A stretch of 64,000 bases of DNA from an uncultured Candidatus Saccharibacteria bacterium (GTDB taxonomy: Bacteria > Patescibacteriota > Saccharimonadia > Saccharimonadales > Saccharimonadaceae), in the NCBI GenBank assembly GCA_963528575.1, contig CAURUS010000001.1, positions 108,807 through 172,806 on the forward strand. Direction: 5' to 3'. A model generated the notes under the pieces. It ran no database searches and had not been told where the DNA came from. It saw nothing but the letters and a program-made list of their open reading frames with translations. Below, one piece after another: positions 56,541-64,000 of the stretch. Position numbers and translations under genes: made by a program. Position 1 is the stretch's first letter, and each line of letters starts with the position of its first letter.

Positions 56541-58400
56541 TTATGCGTGTAGTTTTACTTCCTTTGGCAGCACCGCATCCTTCATGTATTTAGCGGCGTC
56601 TTCTTCTTCGAGAGTTTCGTTTTTAAGCAAAGCATCCTTGAGCTTTTCAAGCACTGCCCGATTCTTGCTGAGTATTGTCTCGGCACGAACCGACGCTTCC
56701 TTAATCAGCGCCTCGACCTCGTTGTCAATCTCTTGTGCTGTCGCCTCTGAATATGGCCGGTCGTGGGTAATTTTGTCAAAAACCATGCCGCCATTGTCCT
56801 CGTGGAAGACTTGGTCGCGCAGTTTCGAGCCCATGCCTTGTTCAATTATCATATTGCGGGCAACTTTAGCGGCGTGGCGCAAATCACTGCCAGCGCCAGT
56901 AGTGATACCATCATCACCGTAAATCAGCTTCTCGGCAATCCGGCCGCCCAGCGCTCGCGCTAGAATATCTTTGAACTCGTAAACATTAGTGTAGCTTCTG
57001 TCTTCTGGAGGCAAGAACCACGTCACGCCGCCCGTACCGCCGCGCGGAATGATAGTGATTTTGTGTACTGGATCGCTATCTGGCAAGACATGACCAACAA
57101 TGGCATGGCCAGCTTCGTGATAAGCAGTTAATTCCTTTTCGTGGTCGTTCATTACTTTAGCTTTACGTTCTGGGCCGATAGCCACTTTTTCAAAAGCTTC
57201 GGTCAGGTCGTCATTCGACACTTTCTTGGAGTTGCGCCGCGCTGCGATGATTGCTGCCTCGTTAGCAATATTCGCCAAATCGGCACCGCTGGAGCCAGCC
57301 GTCTTAGCTGCTAATTTATCGAGATCAACCGTGTCGTCAGTCGGCTTATTTTTGAAATGAACTTTCAAAATAGCTTCGCGATCTTTGCGCTCCGGCAAAC
57401 TAATCGTCACGTGCCGGTCAAAGCGGCCTGGTCTGAGTAGTGCCGGATCAAGCACATCAGCCCGGTTGGTCGCCGCGATTACAATCACATTGGTGTCCGC
57501 TTCAAAACCGTCCATCTCTACCAAAATCTGATTCAATGTCTGCTCGCGCTCGTCATGACCGCCGCCCATACCACTGCCGCGTTTGCGCCCGACGGCGTCA
57601 ATCTCATCGATAAAAACAATCGCCGGCGCGTTTTTCTTGGCCTTCTGGAAAAGGTCGCGCACACGGCTGGCACCAACACCGACAAACATTTCAACAAATT
57701 CTGAACCAGAAATCGAGAAGAAAGGTACATCCGCCTCGCCAGCGACTGCTCGCGCTAGCATCGTCTTGCCAGTACCTGGATCGCCAACTAGCAGCACGCC
57801 CTTCGGGATTTTGGCACCGAGACTTTGATATTTTTTCGGATGCTTGAGAAAGTCAACGACCTCTTGTAAATCCTGTTTAGCATTATCATTGCCAGCAATA
57901 TCGTCAAATACCACGCGTTCTTTATCGAGGCCGTATAACCTAGCCTTACTCTTACCAAAACTCATCGCCTGGCTATTCTGGCCCTGAGCTTGCCGCATCA
58001 TAAAAACAAACAGCGCGCCGATCAGCAATACTGGCAAAACCACCGTCATCAAAGTCAGCATCACAGAATTATCAACTGGCGCGCTATCTGAAACGACTGC
58101 ACGGCCTTTTTCGTTAAGTATATTGTCTTTCAGCAGCGACGAAACCCCGCCGCCTAAGTATGTCCGCTTAGACGGCTTATTTTCACCTTTCATGGTCACC
58201 TGAAGGTCGCCGCCTTGGCCTTCGATCTTGGCTACTTTGCCTTCGTTGGCGTCTCGAATCACCTGAGCGATTGGTACTTCCTGGAGCGGCTTAGCCGGCA
58301 TAAATGCCGCATATAGCGACAGTCCTATCAAAACGATAATTGCCCAGAATAAACCGAGCCGAACTTTATTACTCACCTTTTGTTTACGAGGTTTAGGCAT
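56541..58400 (-). CDS. ftsH: ATP-dependent zinc metalloprotease FtsH
   Basis: [34 protein letters not shown] zinc motif. Confidence 0.97.
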   Translation of the reverse strand: MPKPRKQKVSNKVRLGLFWAIIVLIGLSLYAAFMPAKPLQEVPIAQVIRDANEGKVAKIEGQGGDLQVTMKGENKPSKRTYLGGGVSSLLKDNILNEKGRAVVSDSAPVDNSVMLTLMTVVLPVLLIGALFVFMMRQAQGQNSQAMSFGKSKARLYGLDKERVVFDDIAGNDNAKQDLQEVVDFLKHPKKYQSLGAKIPKGVLLVGDPGTGKTMLARAVAGEADVPFFSISGSEFVEMFVGVGASRVRDLFQKAKKNAPAIVFIDEIDAVGRKRGSGMGGGHDEREQTLNQILVEMDGFEADTNVIVIAATNRADVLDPALLRPGRFDRHVTISLPERKDREAILKVHFKNKPTDDTVDLDKLAAKTAGSSGADLANIANEAAIIAARRNSKKVSNDDLTEAFEKVAIGPERKAKVMNDHEKELTAYHEAGHAIVGHVLPDSDPVHKITIIPRGGTGGVTWFLPPEDRSYTNVYEFKDILARALGGRIAEKLIYGDDGITTGAGSDLRHAAKVARNMIIEQGMGSKLRDQVFHEDNGGMVFDKITHDRPYSEATAQEIDNEVEALIKEASVRAETILSKNRAVLEKLKDALLKNETLEEEDAAKYMKDAVLPKEVKLHA

Positions 58401-58453
58401 TGAAATATGTATCCTTTCGTGGTTTTATAATCAAATTCAGAATATCTCTGTAA

Positions 58454-59299
58454 TTATACCACCTTCGCGCAGTAAGTTCGAGAGGTAATTTCTAATTGCA
58501 CGCCATCGCCGACATCAATTTTAGCACCCGGCCGCGCCGTCTTGATAGCCAACAAAACCAGTTGAGTACGCGGCCGAGTCGGGCGCAGTCCGCCAGTTTG
58601 CCTGGCAATATCGCTCGCTAGTAACTCTAACGCTACATCATCATCAATCTGCGACAAAAAATACCGCGAACCACTATTGCGCAGCGTGATCCGCTCAGTT
58701 TCGCGTTCAATATCTTTCCGTAAAGCTAGCTGTCTAGCGCGCAACTGCAATAGTTTTATAATTGTGCGTCGATTAACAACACTTTTTAGTGCTTTTCTGA
58801 CACGATTGCGTTGATAAAGACCGCTTACGTTCGTTGCGTCCTCAACCCACTCCAAGCGATGCTGCAGCGCATAATCGTACAATTGCGTCTTGGTAAAAGA
58901 AATCAGCGGACGTTTAATTCCTGCGCGCGCTAGCACAGCCAACCCGCGCCATCCCGTACCTCGCTCAATATTGATAGCAATTGTTTCGGCAACATCTTCA
59001 GCATGATGCGCCGTAACCAGCACCGCGCCAAACTTCTGTGCCTGTGCTAGCAAAAAGTCATACCGCTTCTGGCGCGCTAATTCTTCGCTAGCATTTGACC
59101 CGAGATTAAGCGACACCGAGACAAACGGCAAATTATATTTCTGCGCTAACGCTGCCACAAACCGCGCATCAGCGCGCGAAGCCTCGCCGCGGATTCCATG
59201 TTCGACATGCGCTACAATTAGCCGATGCTCTGACCGGCTCAGTATATCCAATAAGCACACGCTATCCACACCGCCAGAAACTGCCACTAGGTACGTCAT
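58454..59299 (-). CDS. tilS: tRNA(Ile)-lysidine synthase
   Basis: PP-loop VAVSGGVDSVCLL, 281 aa. Confidence 0.88.
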   Translation of the reverse strand: MTYLVAVSGGVDSVCLLDILSRSEHRLIVAHVEHGIRGEASRADARFVAALAQKYNLPFVSVSLNLGSNASEELARQKRYDFLLAQAQKFGAVLVTAHHAEDVAETIAINIERGTGWRGLAVLARAGIKRPLISFTKTQLYDYALQHRLEWVEDATNVSGLYQRNRVRKALKSVVNRRTIIKLLQLRARQLALRKDIERETERITLRNSGSRYFLSQIDDDVALELLASDIARQTGGLRPTRPRTQLVLLAIKTARPGAKIDVGDGVQLEITSRTYCAKVV

Positions 59300-59360
59300 A
59301 TTACTTTTTATTATAATCTATCAAGATACTAGCGTTAACCGACACCACTAATAATATATT

Positions 59361-60686
59361 TTATAAATAGCGCGTACTACCAAACGGAATCTTGGTGCGA
59401 ACCGCCTCGGTATTAAGCGTACTAGCAGCGTGAATAGTCCGAGCGCCGTACCGCTGATTAATCTCGTCAATCGCCCAAGTGGTTTGCCGCTCGCGCGCTA
59501 ATTCGTCGCCAAACAAACTCAGTTGATCGCTGGTGCTGTTATACAGATTATAACAATGCACGCCTATCTCGCGTATATCGCCAGCCGGCGCCTGGCAGAA
59601 TAGCTCTTCGGCCACGCGCCACAACGCAGCATCGCTAAACATTGGCAGCGGCGCTAAATATTTACGCTGCCAGTAATTACCCACGCGACCCCAGCGTCCA
59701 TTATTCGACGATAGCTTTGAGCTGCTACCCACACCCGCCATTCGCACATAAATACCGACGCCGCGCACCGACTTGCGCTGCGAACGCAATTTTTGTCCAA
59801 CCGCCTCGACTAAATTATGTAATCGAGCGGCTATTTGTTGCCGCGGCATATTGCGCTCCTCTAGTACGTATTGGCGGCCGCATGTTTTAACGTCGCTTAT
59901 CAAATCATCGACTTCCCAGCCATGCAGACGTTGATACCATTTTTCACCATTAATACTATGAAAAGCAGCATGAAGCGCCTCTGGCGACGATTCATACATT
60001 TGCAACGGCGTAAAAATACCCACCGCGTTCAGCCGCTGCTCGTTGTGCCGCGCAATTCCCGTCAGATCGCGTAAAGTTAAGCTAGATAACACCGCTTGCA
60101 CATTTTGCGCCGTCACGACATCAAGCCCGTCAGGTTTGTGCAAGCTAGCCGCCATCTTGGCCCAAAAACGATTAGTACCGATACCGATATTACAACGCAT
60201 GTACGAGCCTACTTCGGTGCACAATCGCTGCTTTATCTCTTTGCCGATGGCTTCTAAGCCGCGCGACCGCATTGATTCGGGCGCTACTGCAAAATCAATT
60301 ATACCTTCATCAATGCTTTTCATTACCACCGACGGACTGTAGCTGTTCATAATTCGTAGCAGCTGCCGATATACCCAGCGATACTTCGGCGGATCGCTGT
60401 CGAGCGCTACTAGCTCGGGACACAGGCGTTTAGCTTGGCGGTATTTCATGCCAGCCTTAACACCGTAAGCTTTCGCTTCGTAACTCACGGTGATAACCGA
60501 AGTGTTCTCGACCAAACGATTAACTACCGCCACTGGCCGCCCGCGCAGCAGCGGCCGCGACTGCTGTTCAATAGTCGCAAAACAACTATTGAGATCTATA
60601 TGCATAATCAGCGGTAATGTTTGACTATGTTTCAAGTTTAAGCCATTCGAGAAGGATTGCTTTCTTTGGCTAGCTGATTCAGCCAC
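59361..60686 (-). CDS. Y-family DNA polymerase (DinB/UmuC-like)
   Basis: MHIDLNSCFATIEQQ..LRGRPVAV...SIDEGIIDF. The start overlaps the upstream 87-aa ORF by 8 nt. Confidence 0.85.
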   Translation of the reverse strand: MAESASQRKQSFSNGLNLKHSQTLPLIMHIDLNSCFATIEQQSRPLLRGRPVAVVNRLVENTSVITVSYEAKAYGVKAGMKYRQAKRLCPELVALDSDPPKYRWVYRQLLRIMNSYSPSVVMKSIDEGIIDFAVAPESMRSRGLEAIGKEIKQRLCTEVGSYMRCNIGIGTNRFWAKMAASLHKPDGLDVVTAQNVQAVLSSLTLRDLTGIARHNEQRLNAVGIFTPLQMYESSPEALHAAFHSINGEKWYQRLHGWEVDDLISDVKTCGRQYVLEERNMPRQQIAARLHNLVEAVGQKLRSQRKSVRGVGIYVRMAGVGSSSKLSSNNGRWGRVGNYWQRKYLAPLPMFSDAALWRVAEELFCQAPAGDIREIGVHCYNLYNSTSDQLSLFGDELARERQTTWAIDEINQRYGARTIHAASTLNTEAVRTKIPFGSTRYL

Positions 60687-60942
60687 GCTCCGCCTCGCGC
60701 GTCAATCGCCAAGTCAACCGCTCGCTATCGAATTCCAGCCGATAATCAGCTTGCCCGTCCGTCACATCAAAAACATGTATTGTTCGCCGTCCTTTAGCTA
60801 CTGGATGCCGCAAGCCTAGCTCACTTACTTCAACCTCACGCCCGTTCGGACGCCTAAACCGCCGCGGCACGCACAATTCTAAACCGCTGCCAAACGTTGC
60901 AATAACTTCTACTCGTTCATTCAACTCTAGCTCATCGTTCAC
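60679..60942 (-). CDS. Small hypothetical protein (87 aa) translationally coupled to the Y-family polymerase
   Basis: GTG start 6 nt after TGcTATAAT (60949-60957 on the minus strand). No recognisable domain. Confidence 0.5.
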   Translation of the reverse strand: MNDELELNERVEVIATFGSGLELCVPRRFRRPNGREVEVSELGLRHPVAKGRRTIHVFDVTDGQADYRLEFDSERLTWRLTREAERG

Positions 60943-61071
60943 GGCAAAATTATAGCACAGAATAGCAAACCGCCCTTGACACAGAAGGGCGGCTCACTAG
61001 AGAAGTACGGGAAATATTTCTCGAAGCATATTGTCCGCCAGCTTCATTAAATTATCCTTAAAAAACCTAGC

Positions 61072-61101
61072 TTGCCACCGATTACTGTTATCTGCTATAA
61101 T
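61072..61101 (+). promoter_or_regulatory. Promoter TTGCCA-18-TGcTATAAT for the CAT-anticodon tRNA
   Basis: TTGCCA 61072-61077, TATAAT 61096-61101. Confidence 0.6.
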
Positions 61102-61121
61102 CTACAGTGCTTTACTCTTGC

Positions 61122-61198
61122 GGCACTGTAGCTCAGTTGGTTAGAGCGTAGGACTCATAAGCCTAAGGTCACTGGTTCGATCCCAGTCAGTGCTACCA
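61122..61198 (+). tRNA. tRNA with CAT anticodon (elongator Met or Ile2/lysidine; not resolvable by eye)
   Basis: GGCACTG/CAGTGCT acceptor (G1.U72), loop CTCATAA, T-arm ACTGG-TTCGATC-CCAGT. No 3-GC initiator stem. Confidence 0.85.
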
Positions 61199-61206
61199 AA
61201 GAAAGC

Positions 61207-61233
61207 TCCCCGCCTTTGCCGCGGGGATTTTTC
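61207..61233. terminator. Bidirectional terminator
   Basis: TCCCCGC-ctttgcc-GCGGGGA then TTTTT, with an A-run upstream. Confidence 0.6.
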
Positions 61234-61251
61234 TTTGCGCTTAAACTGCCG

Positions 61252-61386
61252 CTAAAACGCAAAATCCTCAACGTCTAACAGGTCATTACGGCGATTAATA
61301 AATTCGCGCAGTTCAACCGTTGTACGCGGCCGATTCCAGGTGGCATTCTCGTTATGTAATGAGTTATTTGATTCGGTGACTTCCAT
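61252..61386 (-). CDS. Candidate small ORF (44 aa), below the ORF-track cutoff
   Basis: Own translation MEVTESNNSLHNENATWNRPRTTVELREFINRRNDLLDVEDFAF. AAAGGAAAAA lies upstream and a terminator downstream. Confidence 0.3.
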   Translation of the reverse strand: MEVTESNNSLHNENATWNRPRTTVELREFINRRNDLLDVEDFAF

Positions 61387-61531
61387 TTTTATTTTTCCTT
61401 TTTGTATAAGTTAATTACTTATACTTTTAGTATAACACAAACTTGCCAAAAAAGCAATAGCTTTTTACAAAATCTTTTGACTTCGCCAGACCGCTTATGG
61501 TATAAATAAGATAAGGATTATCAAGACAAAC

Positions 61532-62245
61532 ATGAATACTCTCATCGCTGTTAGCATCATCGCCCTGGCAGGACTTATCCACGCTAGCTTTCAGTTAAGC
61601 GTTAGTATGGCTACGTCTCTATCGGGGCATGCCTTAGGACGCAAGCTGGCCGCTCGGCGCACGTTACGGCTGTTATTTAGCTTTGTAGCTGGCGCCTTTA
61701 CTATGACGCTTTTGTGCGTTAGTTTCGCTAGCTATGCTATCGGCGTATTCGCGCCGCACAGTAATTTGTTGTGGATCACTTTGACTGCTGGTCTGATGAT
61801 CGTTGGCTTGGCAGTTATCCTTTTTTACTATCGTAAAACCGAAGGTACCGAATTGTGGATTTCACGCAGTTTTGCCCGATTCTTGCGTAAACGCACTGCC
61901 AAAGCCAGCCTTGCCGCCGAAGCGTTTAGTCTAGGATTGACTAGCGTTGTTGCAGAACTACTATTTACTATCGTGCCAATCATTACCGCAGCCTGCGCCA
62001 TCATCGGGCTGCCGCCGATTTGGCAAATCGTTGGCGCAGCAGGTTATACGCTAGCTGCTTCGCTCGGGCTGCTCATCGTTACCCTATTGATTGGCAGCGG
62101 ACGCCAACTGAGCCGCATCCAGCGCTGGCGCGAACAAAACAAATACTTTTTACAATTCGCTGCCGGGCTGGGTTTGATTATCCTTGGCTTTTATATATAT
62201 GTTAATACTGTTTCCGACTTAATCATTCAGGTGAACGCTGTATGA
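61532..62245 (+). CDS. Hypothetical 6-TM membrane protein
   Basis: 237-aa hydrophobic ORF. ATGA overlap with the next gene. Confidence 0.6.
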   Translation: MNTLIAVSIIALAGLIHASFQLSVSMATSLSGHALGRKLAARRTLRLLFSFVAGAFTMTLLCVSFASYAIGVFAPHSNLLWITLTAGLMIVGLAVILFYYRKTEGTELWISRSFARFLRKRTAKASLAAEAFSLGLTSVVAELLFTIVPIITAACAIIGLPPIWQIVGAAGYTLAASLGLLIVTLLIGSGRQLSRIQRWREQNKYFLQFAAGLGLIILGFYIYVNTVSDLIIQVNAV

Positions 62246-62517
62246 AAGTTACTGTTTTCAAACGAGGCAAGCGCCCGCCAGAAGATTTCGATGCCAAAAA
62301 GCTGCGCGCTAGCCTGTACGCCGCCTGCCTTAGTGCTAAAAGCCCCGAGGGGTTAGCTCGCAATTTAGCCGATCAAGCTGCTCGCGAGGTCGAAGCTTGG
62401 AGCGGCCAAAAATCAGATATCACCACCACCGATATTCGCGCGCAAGCTGGACGATTTCTAGAACATAATCATCCTGACGCAGCATATTTATATAAACACC
62501 ACAAAAAAATGATGTAG
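62242..62517 (+). CDS. Stand-alone ATP-cone domain protein
   Basis: MKVTVFKRGKRPPEDFDAKKLRASLYAA...TTTDIRAQAGRFL...AYLY. ATP-cone pattern without an NrdR zinc ribbon. Confidence 0.6.
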   Translation: MKVTVFKRGKRPPEDFDAKKLRASLYAACLSAKSPEGLARNLADQAAREVEAWSGQKSDITTTDIRAQAGRFLEHNHPDAAYLYKHHKKMM

Positions 62518-62526
62518 GAGACATGA

Positions 62527-63903
62527 ATGGCGAAGAGACACAATAAATTTGATTACGATTTAGTAGTTATCGGTAGCGGAGCTGGCGGATCAGCCGCTGC
62601 CACTATCGCCGCTCGCAATGGCGCGCGCGTAGCAATTATCGAGGAAGATACCTTCGGCGGCGATTCGCCTAACTGGAGCGATGTACCAACCAACGCTTTA
62701 TTACACGTCGCGCACCTCTATGATCAAGCACGCCACGGCGCCAAGTTCGGCTTACGCTCTAACACGCTTGGCTACAATTATCCGAGTATTCGCGCCTGGA
62801 AAGATCTCGCCGTCAAGCGAACTGGGGCTGCTGGTAATCGCAAATTTTACGAAAACCAAGGCATTACTACCTATACTGGACATGCCCACTTTCTGTCGCC
62901 CAATGAAATCTCCGTTCGACGCAAACACATCAGCGCCGAAAGATTCTTGGTCGCTACGGGCTCGCACTGGGTAGCGCCAGAAGTGCCAGGATTAGACGAA
63001 ATCCCATTTTTGACAGCGCGCACCATTTTAGAGTCGATGCGTCCACCGAAGAGCCTTTACATCATAGGTGCTGGCAGCGTTGGCGTCGAGATTGCGCAGC
63101 TGATGGCTACTTTCGGTACTAGGGTTTATTTGACTGATATCGCTGCCCGCATTTTGCCAAAAGAAGACGAAGAAGTTGGCGAGCTGCTAGAAGCCTACCT
63201 CAAGAAGCATAAAGGCATTACGTCATTGACACAGACACGGACAGTCGCAGCAGTCAAAGACGGACTCGGCTACCGCGTATCATTCCTGCGCGGCGGTGTC
63301 GAAAAGTCGGTACGCGTCGAGGATATCTTGGTGGCGACTGGACGTCGGCCAAACCTTGATTTAGGACTAGAGAACGCCAGCGTCCAATACGACCCAACCG
63401 GCATCCATGTTAACGAATATTTACAGACAAGCGCTCGCCACATTTATGCAGCTGGGGATATTATCGGCAACTCTGAGCACACGCATACTGCGCTGCTAGA
63501 ATCGCGGATTGCTGCTCATAACCTTTTTTCAAAGAATCAAATCGCGCCAGATTATACTGCTACGCCGCGGACAACTTTCACCTTTCCGGAGGTATCGTCT
63601 GTCGGCCTAACCGAAGACGATTGTATCAAACGCGACCTCAAAATCAACAAAGCCATGGCACCGCTATCAATCATCGGCCGCTCAAATACTAGCGATTTCC
63701 GCGACGGCTTCGTCAAACTAGTATGCGACAAGAAAGGCGTTATAGCCGGCGGTACTATTGTCGCGCCGAATGCTAGTGATAGTATCCACGAAATTGCCCT
63801 AGCTGTGCGGCACGGCCTAACCGCCAAAGACTTAGCAGACACGCCGCACGTTTTCTTGAGCTGGAGTGAAGCTATTCGGGTCGCTGCCAGCAAATTAGCT
63901 TAA
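62527..63903 (+). CDS. Class I pyridine nucleotide-disulfide oxidoreductase family protein, SthA/Lpd-like, lacking the redox-active Cys pair
   Basis: FAD GxGxxG VVIGSGAGGSAAA, NAD site IIGAGSVGVE, ATGRRPN, AAGDI. The disulfide site reads GGDSPNWSDVPTNALLH instead of GGTCLNVGCIPSKALL. Confidence 0.8.
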   Translation: MAKRHNKFDYDLVVIGSGAGGSAAATIAARNGARVAIIEEDTFGGDSPNWSDVPTNALLHVAHLYDQARHGAKFGLRSNTLGYNYPSIRAWKDLAVKRTGAAGNRKFYENQGITTYTGHAHFLSPNEISVRRKHISAERFLVATGSHWVAPEVPGLDEIPFLTARTILESMRPPKSLYIIGAGSVGVEIAQLMATFGTRVYLTDIAARILPKEDEEVGELLEAYLKKHKGITSLTQTRTVAAVKDGLGYRVSFLRGGVEKSVRVEDILVATGRRPNLDLGLENASVQYDPTGIHVNEYLQTSARHIYAAGDIIGNSEHTHTALLESRIAAHNLFSKNQIAPDYTATPRTTFTFPEVSSVGLTEDDCIKRDLKINKAMAPLSIIGRSNTSDFRDGFVKLVCDKKGVIAGGTIVAPNASDSIHEIALAVRHGLTAKDLADTPHVFLSWSEAIRVAASKLA

Positions 63904-63916
63904 ACCAGTCAGTTAA

Positions 63917-63957
63917 CCAAGAGAAAAGCTCAACCAAAAGTTGAGCTTTTCTCTTGG
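63917..63957. terminator. Bidirectional terminator, 18-bp perfect stem
   Basis: ccaagagaaaagctcaac-caaaa-gttgagcttttctcttgg. The right arm overlaps the CCA end of the edge tRNA. Confidence 0.65.
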
Positions 63958-64000
63958 TAGCGGGGGCTGGATTTGAACCAGCGACCTCTTGGTTATGAGC
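63955..64000 (-). tRNA. tRNA with CAT anticodon, 3' part only (window edge); initiator-like T-loop
   Basis: Reverse complement ...GCTCATAACCAAGAGGTCGCTGGTTCAAATCCAGCCCCCGCTACCA. Closely resembles the 3' half of E. coli tRNA-fMet (TTCAAAT loop, CCCCCGC). Confidence 0.7.

Noticed and set aside
60970-60992. GC-rich hairpin as a plus-strand terminator
   Set aside because: No T-run follows on the plus strand and no plus-strand gene ends upstream of it. On the minus strand it is followed only by TTTG and sits at a promoter. Its function is unresolved, so it is mentioned only under the polymerase finding.

Overview
64-kb chromosomal window from a small-genome, monoderm-type bacterium. The gene content fits a Saccharibacteria/CPR-like organism, but that is inference only: class-E-like sortase plus an LAETG substrate, MurT/GatD, RNase Y, HrcA/CIRCE, a type IV pilin operon, lower-glycolysis genes and many unknown surface or membrane proteins. 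The standard code applies, since TGA is used as a stop (for example the murT/gatD ATGA overlap). I support about 57 protein genes, 9 complete tRNAs plus 1 partial tRNA at the right edge, 3 CIRCE operators, several sigma70-like promoters and about a dozen intrinsic terminators. There is no rRNA, CRISPR array or recognisable transposase.

Housekeeping content:
- Metabolism: pyk (partial), folD, glyA, gpmA, eno.
- Cell wall: murA-like, murB, murT-gatD, murJ.
- Chaperones and proteases: dnaK, grpE-hrcA, ftsH, a Clp-type AAA+ protein.
- RNA, DNA and translation: rny, tsaB-tsaE, ogt, tilS, a Y-family polymerase.

Most interesting observations:
1. lepA (EF4) is split at the domain II/III linker into two separately terminated and initiated ORFs. 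A 3.85-kb AT-richer insertion separates them. It starts with a T5orf172/GIY-YIG-like gene and carries a decayed second copy of a lepA segment.
2. Upstream of tRNA-His and tRNA-Arg(TCT), the first ~20 nt of the tRNA are duplicated at a ~100-nt period. Every copy breaks at the same D-loop position. The spacers share a conserved module that includes a perfect reverse complement of the tRNA's own D-arm.
3. A ~120-nt promoter-to-terminator structured RNA sits in front of a small FxLYD-like secreted protein gene.
4. A GH16 glucanase has a complete sortase sorting signal (LAETG + TM + basic tail) in its N-terminal quarter, not at the C-terminus.
5. A minor-pilin operon carries a PilX-like anchor fused to a 7-blade RCC1 propeller, a possible PilY1 analogue.
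6. An XRE-HTH is fused to MurA.
7. At least 13 genes show a TATAAT-N6/7-start-codon (leaderless) architecture.
8. An SthA/Lpd-family flavoprotein lacks both redox cysteines.
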